Shown: positions 17,956 to 26,946, numbered from the stretch's first letter. The stretch is 32,000 nucleotides of DNA from Candidatus Saccharimonadota bacterium (GCA_026002795.1 BPGA01000001.1:480001-512000); one strand, 5' to 3'. Numbers and translations are program-made. Notes: generated from the sequence alone by a model not told the origin.

Positions 17956-18645
17956 TTAAATTTTAATTCTCATTCCATCATAAGCAATAATCACATTATA
18001 CTTTTTTTTAATTTCATCTTCATGTTTCAAAGTTTCTTTGCCGACATGAGTAAAAATTATATTTTTTATTCTTGCTTTTTTACACCAATTTATTTGTGTA
18101 GTTATCCTAGCATGACCAAACCTCTTTCCATTTTTTTTCTTTACAAGATTTGCTTTAATTGATGAACCATCTCCGATATAATAATCAGCATGAAACAAAA
18201 TTTTTTTGTGTGGGGTTTCTACAACATCTCCTGTGTATATTATTGAAGTTTTTTTTAGAAAAATTTTAAACCCTACAGAACTACATTTTAAAGAATGTAA
18301 AATTTTAAAAGGTAAAATTAAAAAGCTTCCTATTTTAATTTTTTTAGATGTTATGAACTTAAAATTATTAGGTTTAAACTTTCCGTTTTTAAATGTATCT
18401 TTTAGTAGATAAACAGGAACATTTGTTCTGCAACTTTTTACACTCCATAAATAATGATCTGGATGAGCATGAGTTATTAAAATCGCATTTGGCTTTATTT
18501 TTTCTAAACTAAATTTTTGTAAAGTTCCATAATCTATAAGCAATTTAAATTTTCTGTAAATAAAAAGAGTTGATGTATGATACTTGTGCTTTCTTGTTGA
18601 TTCTTCAATTTCTCCTTTTGTTCCAAGAAAAATTATTTCAGCCAT
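17956..18645 (-). CDS. MBL-fold metallo-hydrolase
   Basis: 229 aa. The canonical HxHxDH motif (ILITHAHPDHY) lies after a beta-strand-rich N-terminus. Confidence 0.8.
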   Translation of the reverse strand: MAEIIFLGTKGEIEESTRKHKYHTSTLFIYRKFKLLIDYGTLQKFSLEKIKPNAILITHAHPDHYLWSVKSCRTNVPVYLLKDTFKNGKFKPNNFKFITSKKIKIGSFLILPFKILHSLKCSSVGFKIFLKKTSIIYTGDVVETPHKKILFHADYYIGDGSSIKANLVKKKNGKRFGHARITTQINWCKKARIKNIIFTHVGKETLKHEDEIKKKYNVIIAYDGMRIKI

Positions 18646-18696
18646 TTTTGATATTTTCTTGATAAAATTTATAAGAATATTTAATTTATAACAATT

Positions 18697-19590
18697 ATGA
18701 ATAAAATAAAAAAAACAGACACGTCAAAAAAAAGTTTGTTATATGAAACTTCTCAGCTAGATTGTTTATCTTACTATAAAAATATTTTTCCAAAACTAAA
18801 AAATTTTTTAAAAAATAGAGAAATAGCAACTAAAATTTATCTTGAAAATTACCCATTAAAATTTCTTGTTAAAAGAGGATCTAAAGATGAACCTTTATTT
18901 ATAGATGAATTAAAAATCTCTAAAAAATTCTTAGAGTTAAGGAAAGCAAAAGATTTGAATGATGTTAAAGAAAAACTTTCTCAACAAGAAATAAAAATTT
19001 GGCATTATTTTGTGCCTAGAAAAATGATAGAATTTCATTATGCATGCAATCATGAGAAAGGTGAAGAAATAGATAGAATTTTTATTGATATAGACAGAAG
19101 CGGCAAATACACTGCAGAAGATTCAAAAAAAGTTACTTTAGAATTAATTAATCAAATAAGAAAAGATTCAGAATTAAAAAAAATAATAAATTTCGAGATT
19201 AAAATTGTTTGGACAGGAAAAAGCTTTCATGTTTATCTTTTTTTAAAAAAGAAAGTTAATCATAAATTTTATGATCTTTATTTTTCTTGGGGAAAAGATA
19301 AAGAAAGTTTTATCGAAAAATGGGCAGAAGAAATATCAAAAAAAACAAATATACCTGTAGAAGCGCACCATGAAAGAGAAAGAGGAAAGATTATATTGGA
19401 TACATCAGCAACACCACCTGGTAAATTAGCAAGATCTCCTTTCTCTTTACATTTAAATTCTAACGGTGAAATAGATGGAATTTCTGTCCCATTAAGCATA
19501 AAACAACTCAAGGACAAGAACATAATTCAAAAATTACAAAAATTAAATGTAGAAGAAGTAATAAAAAACCTAAACAAATACAAAATATAA
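18697..19590 (+). CDS. archaeo-eukaryotic primase (AEP) superfamily protein, LigD polymerase-domain-like primase-polymerase
   Basis: 297 aa. AEP motif I FIDIDRS (DxD), motif II WTGKSFHVYL (SGxGxH-like), and motif III region RGKIILDTSATPPGKLARSPFSLH…ISVPLSIKQL. That region resembles LigD-PolDom R.GKVFIDY.RN..G.T.VAPYS.R…VS.PL.W.EL. N-terminal YYKNIFPKLKNFLKNREI resembles PolDom YY..VA..LLPHL..RPL. No Fe-S Cys cluster. Confidence 0.55.
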   Translation: MNKIKKTDTSKKSLLYETSQLDCLSYYKNIFPKLKNFLKNREIATKIYLENYPLKFLVKRGSKDEPLFIDELKISKKFLELRKAKDLNDVKEKLSQQEIKIWHYFVPRKMIEFHYACNHEKGEEIDRIFIDIDRSGKYTAEDSKKVTLELINQIRKDSELKKIINFEIKIVWTGKSFHVYLFLKKKVNHKFYDLYFSWGKDKESFIEKWAEEISKKTNIPVEAHHERERGKIILDTSATPPGKLARSPFSLHLNSNGEIDGISVPLSIKQLKDKNIIQKLQKLNVEEVIKNLNKYKI

Positions 19591-19601
19591 AAGATTATAA
19601 C

Positions 19602-19991
19602 ATGAAATATGAATTTGCAGAAGATATACAAAAAAAAGCAGAGGAAATATCAAAAATTTTATTTCCACATATTAGACTTGAAAGAGTTAAATGCTTTAGA
19701 AGTTATGGGACAAACTCGAGAAGAACCGTAGCAAGATGTCACTCCATAGGAAAATTACTTCAAAAAGCCCTTGATGTAAAACCATTTTATGTTTTGGAAT
19801 TTATATCAGAGAGATTTGATAAATTAAGTGAAGAAGAGAAAACAAAAGTTATAATTCACGAATTGATGCATATACCAAAAAATTTTGGGGGTGGATTTAG
19901 ACATCATGATCATGTTTGTTCTAAAAACATCGAAAAAAATTTTAAAATTTATAAAAAAACAAAAAATGAAAGAGAAGAAAATTTTAGTTAA
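19602..19991 (+). CDS. predicted Zn metallopeptidase (HExxH; small archaeal COG4900/SprT-like type)
   Basis: 129 aa. IIHELMHIPKNFGGGFRHH contains HExxH plus a downstream His. The overall layout is that of small archaeal predicted metallopeptidases. Confidence 0.6.
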   Translation: MKYEFAEDIQKKAEEISKILFPHIRLERVKCFRSYGTNSRRTVARCHSIGKLLQKALDVKPFYVLEFISERFDKLSEEEKTKVIIHELMHIPKNFGGGFRHHDHVCSKNIEKNFKIYKKTKNEREENFS

Positions 19992-20271
19992 ATTAAGAGG
20001 AAAAAAATATTCTTTGAAAGGTAAAGAATTAAGTGGTTTTGAGCAGTTTTTTGGACTTATGTTTAAAAAGAAAGAAAAAGCAGAAATATTAATCTTTAAA
20101 ATGAAAAAACCAAAGAAAATTAAAATACATTCTTTTTTTGTATTTTTTCCTTTTATTGCTATTTTTTTAAATTCAAGAAAAGAGGTTGTAGATATTAAAG
20201 TTATTAAACCGTTTAAATTTTTTTTCTCATCTAAAAAAGCTAAATTTTTAATAGAGATTCCTATAAAATGA
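19966..20271 (+). CDS. DUF192-family protein
   Basis: The track ORF begins at 19885 inside the upstream gene. The in-frame ATG at 19966 (MKEKKILVKLRGKKYSL…) is the plausible start. FFGLMFKKK…IHSFFVFFPFIAIFLNSRKEVVDI resembles the DUF192 core (GLMgR…M..m.fPLDiiFld..g.Vv.i). Confidence 0.55.
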   Translation: MKEKKILVKLRGKKYSLKGKELSGFEQFFGLMFKKKEKAEILIFKMKKPKKIKIHSFFVFFPFIAIFLNSRKEVVDIKVIKPFKFFFSSKKAKFLIEIPIK

Positions 20272-20345
20272 TTAAAGGTTTCACAAAAAGAATTTTAATT
20301 TTTCAGAAAAATTTAAAAACATGTAGAATTTATTATTTCTATAAA

Positions 20346-20354
20346 AGGAGGTGA
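20346..20354 (+). promoter_or_regulatory. Shine-Dalgarno sequence AGGAGGTGA for the 43-aa ORF
   Basis: Nine consecutive nt are complementary to the conserved 16S rRNA 3' end (…GAUCACCUCCU-3'). The GGAGG core lies 6 nt upstream of the ATG at 20358. Most other genes in the window have no visible SD. Confidence 0.6.
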
Positions 20355-20357
20355 AAA

Positions 20358-20489
20358 ATGGGAAAGATAATTGCTAGGAACGTCGTTAAAAGAAAACCAG
20401 GCTATCTTTATTATGTAGACTCAAAAGGAAATGTCTGCGAAGCAAAGATGGCTAGGGGCGGCAAAAAAAAGAAAAAGAAGAAAAGATAA
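20358..20489 (+). CDS. small highly basic protein (43 aa), unknown function
   Basis: Below the ORF-track cutoff; hand-translated as MGKIIARNVVKRKPGYLYYVDSKGNVCEAKMARGGKKKKKKKR. Has a perfect SD and a poly-Lys tail. Confidence 0.55.
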   Translation: MGKIIARNVVKRKPGYLYYVDSKGNVCEAKMARGGKKKKKKKR

Positions 20490-20499
20490 GCCAATAATT

Positions 20500-20832
20500 T
20501 TAAAATTTTTTATTTAATTTAGCTTCATATACTATTTTTTCTAATTTTTGTGCTAGACTAATAGAGACTAAAGTATTCTCTGGATGTGTTGTGTTTATAT
20601 ACTTATAACTTCCAATTTTATGGTATACAGAGATGTACTCTCCCTGAAAGGACTTCCAATAAATCTCTCTTTCATCAAAATAACTAGGAAATTCTAAAAC
20701 TTTTTTTAAAGGTTTTCCTTTTTTTGATTTTCTGACTATTAAGTATACTCTTTTTTTGCCTATATGATCTTTTCTAAATTTTAGTATTAAAGAATAAAAT
20801 TCATTGTTTGTTTGAGGGTAATCTTCATTCAT
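20500..20832 (-). CDS. hypothetical protein (110 aa)
   Basis: ATG-initiated ORF, convergent with the 43-aa gene. No family recognised. Confidence 0.45.
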   Translation of the reverse strand: MNEDYPQTNNEFYSLILKFRKDHIGKKRVYLIVRKSKKGKPLKKVLEFPSYFDEREIYWKSFQGEYISVYHKIGSYKYINTTHPENTLVSISLAQKLEKIVYEAKLNKKF

Positions 20833-20904
20833 TTTAAGTTTATAATTGTTAATCTTATAAATATATTTTTATTATTTTATTTATATTAAAAACATAGTAA
20901 CAAG

Positions 20905-21906
20905 ATGATAACTTTAGGAATAGAAAGCACTGCACACACATTCGGGGTTGGTGTTGTAAAAAATGGGAAAATAATTTCAAATGTTAAAAATAGTTATATA
21001 ACTGAAAAAGGAGGCATAATTCCTATTGAAGCAGCAAACCACCATAGAAATGTTAAAGAAGAAGTTTATTATAAAGCACTTAATGAAGCTAAAATTTCTG
21101 AAAAAGAGATAGATATTATTTCAATCTCTCAAGGTCCGGGTCTTGCTCCTTGTTTGTTGGTAGGAATGAATTTTGTTAAAGATCTTTCCAAAAAATTGAA
21201 AAAGCCTGTTGTTCCAGTAAATCATTGTATTGCTCATTTAGAAATAGGCAGATTAACAGGTTCAAAAGATCCTCTAATGCTTTACGTTTCTGGAGCTAAC
21301 ACACAAGTAATTGCTTATGCATCAGGTAAATTTAGGATTTTTGGAGAAACTTTAGACATGGGTGTCGGAAATTTTATAGATAGTTTTGCAAGATACGTAG
21401 GAATTGGATTTCCTGGTGGGCCAAAAATTGAAGAGTTAGCAAAAAAAGGAAAATCATACATAGAACTTCCTTATTCTGTGAAAGGAATGGACATTTCTCT
21501 TTCTGGAATTCTAACAAATTTAAAACAAAAATTTGATTCTAAAAATTATAAAATAGAAGATCTTTCTTTTTCTCTTCAAGAAACTGTTTTTTCTATGCTT
21601 GTTGAAATATCAGAAAGATCATTAGCTCATACAGGGAAAAAAGAACTTTTGCTTGCTGGTGGTGTTGCTTGTAATTCTAGACTTCAAGAGATGTGCAAAA
21701 AAATGTGCGAAGAAAGAAATGCAAAATTTTTTTGTCCTGAAAAACAATTTTTAGTTGATAATGGTGCTATGATAGCTTTTACAGGAGAAATAATGTTTAA
21801 AGCAGGAATCTATTATCCACCATCAAAAATAAATGATCTAGATATAAAACCAAGACAAAGAACAGACGATGTTGAAGTAAAATGGAGAAAAAGAAACTTA
21901 TTTTAA
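20905..21906 (+). CDS. kae1: tRNA N6-adenosine threonylcarbamoyltransferase Kae1 (KEOPS catalytic subunit), stand-alone
   Basis: 333 aa. N-terminal LGIESTAHTFGVGVV, metal-binding HCIAHLE motif, and ASKHA fold pattern with GGVACNSRL. No fused Bud32 domain. Confidence 0.94.
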   Translation: MITLGIESTAHTFGVGVVKNGKIISNVKNSYITEKGGIIPIEAANHHRNVKEEVYYKALNEAKISEKEIDIISISQGPGLAPCLLVGMNFVKDLSKKLKKPVVPVNHCIAHLEIGRLTGSKDPLMLYVSGANTQVIAYASGKFRIFGETLDMGVGNFIDSFARYVGIGFPGGPKIEELAKKGKSYIELPYSVKGMDISLSGILTNLKQKFDSKNYKIEDLSFSLQETVFSMLVEISERSLAHTGKKELLLAGGVACNSRLQEMCKKMCEERNAKFFCPEKQFLVDNGAMIAFTGEIMFKAGIYYPPSKINDLDIKPRQRTDDVEVKWRKRNLF

Positions 21907-21912
21907 CAAATT

Positions 21913-22206
21913 TTAAATTCTCAAGTAGCTTTCAACTTCAGAAGGCATTCTATATCTTCTAATTTCAGATTCGCTATCTCCAATCTTAGAAGTTAAAAAA
22001 TAATAATCAGTATACCCTCCAAAAGGCAACAAATCTAAAATTTTCTCTAAAGTTTTTTCTTTTGTTAGAATAAAATCTCCGACACGCACTTCTTTATAAC
22101 TTATTTTTTTGTATTCTGTTCCATTAATTTCTACAATGTTTTCTTTTTCTTCTTTAGAAGAAGGCAACCAGACATCACCAACCTCAAAATCAAAAAATTT
22201 TTTCAT
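21913..22206 (-). CDS. hypothetical protein (97 aa)
   Basis: ATG-initiated ORF, convergent with kae1. No family recognised. Confidence 0.4.
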   Translation of the reverse strand: MKKFFDFEVGDVWLPSSKEEKENIVEINGTEYKKISYKEVRVGDFILTKEKTLEKILDLLPFGGYTDYYFLTSKIGDSESEIRRYRMPSEVESYLRI

Positions 22207-22372
22207 TTTTTTTTATTATAATTTACTTTTATAAACTTTTCTACTCATTTTAAAATTTTAAAATCGTGTCTAAACTTTTTATTAGACCAAAATAAATATC
22301 TTATACAAATTTACAATTTCTACAACATTAAACTAGAAACATTTTTAAACAACTTATTTTTTTATAAATTTA

Positions 22373-22395
22373 CCTATGAACGAGCTATCGGGAGG
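22373..22395 (+). promoter_or_regulatory. putative kink-turn (K-turn) hairpin in the rpl7ae 5' leader
   Basis: Hand-folded: C-stem CC(22373-74)/GG(22394-95); 3-nt bulge UAU; tandem G.A/A.G from GA(22378-79) and GA(22392-93); 3b.3n = A.G; NC stem CGA/UCG closed by a GCUA loop. Ends 15 nt before the L7Ae ATG and contains GGAGG. Confidence 0.5.
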
Positions 22396-22410
22396 CAGCG
22401 TTCTAATAAA

Positions 22411-22713
22411 ATGACAGATGTTTACTCAATAATAGAAAAAGCAAGAAAAACAGGAAAGATAGAAAAAGGAACAAACGAAGTTACAAAATCAATTGAGAGG
22501 GGAACAGCAAAATTTGTTTTTTATGCTTCAGATGTAGAACCTAAAGAAATTGTTCAGCACATTCCACTTCTTTGTAAAGAAAAAAATATTCCTTGTAAAG
22601 AAGTTGACAGTAAACATAAACTAGGAATAGCTGCAGGAATTCCAGTAGCTGCTTCTTCTGTTGCTATAATAAATCCTGGTGATGCTGAAAAAGAATTATT
22701 ATCTTTAAAATAA
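22411..22713 (+). CDS. rpl7ae: 50S ribosomal protein L7Ae (K-turn binding protein)
   Basis: 100 aa. [62 protein letters not shown] matches the L7Ae signature. Followed by rps28e as in other archaea. Confidence 0.93.
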   Translation: MTDVYSIIEKARKTGKIEKGTNEVTKSIERGTAKFVFYASDVEPKEIVQHIPLLCKEKNIPCKEVDSKHKLGIAAGIPVAASSVAIINPGDAEKELLSLK

Positions 22714-22727
22714 ATTAGAAAAACAAA

Positions 22728-23027
22728 ATGGGTAGTAAAAAACAACAAAGAATTAGAGAACAGAAACAATTAGGATCAAAAGGAAGCGAAAAAATTTTGT
22801 TAGAGAAAGCAGTTCCAGCTGTCGTTCAAGAAATAATTGGAAGAACAGGCTTTAGAGGTGAAATAACTCAAGTTAAATGTCTTATTCAAGAAGGAAAAGA
22901 TAAAGGAAGACAGATAAGAAGAAATGTTAAAGGTCCTGTAAGAATAGGAGATATTTTAATGCTTAGAGAAACAGAAATTGAGGCAAGAAAAATAAAATCA
23001 AAAGTAACAAAAGGAGTTTATACATAA
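22728..23027 (+). CDS. rps28e: 30S ribosomal protein S28e (with about 25-aa basic N-terminal extension, or a downstream TTG start)
   Basis: Core [62 protein letters not shown] is canonical S28e. The ATG at 22728 gives 99 aa. The in-frame TTG at 22797 would give a canonical-sized 76 aa. Confidence 0.9.
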   Translation: MGSKKQQRIREQKQLGSKGSEKILLEKAVPAVVQEIIGRTGFRGEITQVKCLIQEGKDKGRQIRRNVKGPVRIGDILMLRETEIEARKIKSKVTKGVYT

Positions 23028-23275
23028 TGGATCTTGAGAGAGTTGATTTTTTATTAAGTGAGATAGAAAGAAACGTTTTAGAGTTAGATGAAGACGGCAT
23101 TGTCATGGTGCCTAACTTAAGTAAAGAAACAATTATAAAGCTTAAAGCAAACCTCTATCGAAAATATGAGGTTTGGGTAGAGCCACCAATTTATCAGGTA
23201 AATAACCAACGAAATTGTAGTGATAGAATCTTAGAGTATACACTCTACGTAGCTAAAAAAGAAGAAAATGCCTAA
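23027..23275 (+). CDS. hypothetical acidic 82-aa protein embedded in the rpl7ae-rps28e-rpl24e operon
   Basis: Its ATG overlaps the rps28e stop (TAATG). AAGGAG lies 10 nt upstream. Its 3' end overlaps the rpl24e start by 8 nt. No family recognised. Confidence 0.55.
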   Translation: MDLERVDFLLSEIERNVLELDEDGIVMVPNLSKETIIKLKANLYRKYEVWVEPPIYQVNNQRNCSDRILEYTLYVAKKEENA

Positions 23276-23429
23276 ATGTGTTTTTTGTGGGAAAGAGTAT
23301 AGCTTTGCAAGAGGACTAACTATAGTAACTAATGATGGTAAAATAAACTATACTTGTTCTCCAAAATGCAGAAAAAATATGTTAATGAAAAGAAGAAAAG
23401 TTAGGTGGGCATCGAAAAAGAAAAAATAA
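23268..23429 (+). CDS. rpl24e: 50S ribosomal protein L24e
   Basis: Below the ORF-track cutoff; hand-translated as MPKCVFCGKEYSFARGLTIVTNDGKINYTCSPKCRKNMLMKRRKVRWASKKKK. The C.FCG…DGK…CS.KC…R…W pattern is diagnostic for L24e, and the operon position is canonical. Confidence 0.88.
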   Translation: MPKCVFCGKEYSFARGLTIVTNDGKINYTCSPKCRKNMLMKRRKVRWASKKKK

Positions 23430-23500
23430 AAGAATAATTTGAAAATTTTCTTCAAAAGAATATTTAAAACAAAACCTAATCTAACACTTCTTTTAACTCT

Positions 23501-23791
23501 CTACAAATAACTTTCTAGTTCTTTTAATAATCTTTTTGACCTATTTGCAGCTTCTAACCTTAACTCTTCAGGGTTATTTGTTTGAGGTATGTAGTGTAAA
23601 TGCTTTTTAATTGCAACAATTCTTTTTGTTTTTGTGTCTAGAGCTTTATAGATAATAGAGTGTGCTCCAACTTTGTACCTTTCTAGAATTTCATATCTTT
23701 CTGGATCAACCTCTCCTTCAAAAACATCACGAGAGGAATTAGGATTTTCTAATCCATATTGTGTTCTTTTTAAAGGCAAAGGAGTTATCAT
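23501..23791 (-). CDS. hypothetical 96-aa protein resembling an isolated protein-kinase N-lobe
   Basis: ERYEILERYKVGAHSIIYKALDTKTKRIVAIKK resembles the Gly-loop/beta3 VAIK region of Hanks-type or Bud32/RIO kinases. There is no catalytic C-lobe, and only 70 nt follow before rpl24e. ATGA overlap with the upstream ORF. Confidence 0.4.
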   Translation of the reverse strand: MITPLPLKRTQYGLENPNSSRDVFEGEVDPERYEILERYKVGAHSIIYKALDTKTKRIVAIKKHLHYIPQTNNPEELRLEAANRSKRLLKELESYL

Positions 23792-24468
23792 CTTTTTTGT
23801 TCTCCTTCTTTTGGCTTATATTTTTCAAGAACTACCTTTCCTGCTTCATTCAAATCAGCAAAATAACCTGAAGAAGCTACTTTTAATGAAACAGCCCTGT
23901 TATATGCTTCTCTTAAAATATTGAAAGCATTTAAAGCATCTTTTTCTTGTTCAGTTCTGTTTTCTTCTGGTTTGCTTAATATAGATTCTGCTGTATAAGA
24001 TGCTAGTTCTGTAGGAACACTAAACTCAAAACCATTAGATAATCCTCTAACAATTCTTTCTAAATCAGCTAAGCTAACAACCATTTTGCTTTCTTCTAGT
24101 ATCTTAGCAATCTTTAAAGAGATTTCATAATTTGTTGGATATGAGGGTTCACCAAAAACACCAAAAGCTTTTCCTTCTTTTAATCTAGAAAGATACTCCT
24201 CTTTTCTTTTTCTTTCAATTTCTTCAGAAAACATTAACTCAGTATATTTTTGTTCTGCTCCAAAAAGACCAAGCTGACCATACAATAAAGGATTATTTCT
24301 TACTTGATTTGATCCAAACACTCCTTGATATAATTCATACTCTAAATTAGATATTGCATTCTCTCTTCTTTTTCTCATTAAATCTTCAATCTCTTTTTGA
24401 TTTGTTTCTGCCATGTTTTTTTCAAAGAAAAGCATATTTATAAATCTTTCGGTTTTATTACTATTCAC
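23788..24468 (-). CDS. hypothetical soluble protein (up to 226 aa)
   Basis: The track start at 24468 is a GTG. In-frame ATGs at 24435 and 24414 (MAETNQKE…) are alternative starts. No family recognised. Confidence 0.5.
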   Translation of the reverse strand: MNSNKTERFINMLFFEKNMAETNQKEIEDLMRKRRENAISNLEYELYQGVFGSNQVRNNPLLYGQLGLFGAEQKYTELMFSEEIERKRKEEYLSRLKEGKAFGVFGEPSYPTNYEISLKIAKILEESKMVVSLADLERIVRGLSNGFEFSVPTELASYTAESILSKPEENRTEQEKDALNAFNILREAYNRAVSLKVASSGYFADLNEAGKVVLEKYKPKEGEQKR

Positions 24469-24512
24469 AAGTAATAACCAAAACTAAGGAATTAATAAAA
24501 TTAAATAAAAAA

Positions 24513-24815
24513 CTAACAAAACCTGTTTTTTGTTTCTTCATCTCTCGGATCCTTCCATTCTTTATCAATCTGCATAAATGCTCCTGTTATAGGTTTCATC
24601 TCTATTATTGTTTTATCCTTACAAAAAACTTCAAAATCTTGACAAAAATTATTATTACATATAGCTTTTGTAAAAGAGTGAGTATACCAAATTTCTTCAT
24701 TTTTTAAATTATTGTTTGAATTTTGTGTTTTATAGAAAAAATAAACTAAAAAAAGTGAATTAAACAACAATAAAATGCCCAGTAAAATTAAAATATTCTT
24801 TGAAACTTGTTTCAT
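24513..24815 (-). CDS. small secreted or membrane-anchored Cys-containing protein (100 aa)
   Basis: N-terminal anchor ILILLGILLLFNSLFLVYFF, then a domain with 4 Cys (…CNNNFCQDFEVFC…C-terminal C). Confidence 0.45.
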   Translation of the reverse strand: MKQVSKNILILLGILLLFNSLFLVYFFYKTQNSNNNLKNEEIWYTHSFTKAICNNNFCQDFEVFCKDKTIIEMKPITGAFMQIDKEWKDPRDEETKNRFC

Positions 24816-25024
24816 TTTTCTTTTTTTCCTAAAAAGTTTTTAAAAATATGTGTTTTCCATAAAACGTTTCTAAAAATAATTTTTATCGACGATAAAAGCG
24901 TTTTTTTAATAGAAAAATTTATAAAGAATAAACAACTTTTATAAACAAGAAAAATAAAGATAGAACAGTTTTTCTGTTCAAACTAAATTAAAATCTAAAA
25001 TTAAAAAGTTAATATTTAGCATAA

Positions 25025-26923
<1,899 letters not shown>

Positions 26924-26946
26924 AAAATACATAAAAAAGCATTAAA

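Noticed and set aside
19885-19965. N-terminal 27 codons of the track ORF 19885-20271.
   Set aside because: This part lies out of frame inside the metallopeptidase gene. The DUF192-like sequence begins only after the in-frame ATG at 19966.
22376-22414. 12-codon upstream ORF ([12 protein letters not shown]) ending in ATGA on the rpl7ae start codon.
   Set aside because: It is recorded within the K-turn finding but not called as a gene. Its sequence is better explained by the RNA structure it overlaps.
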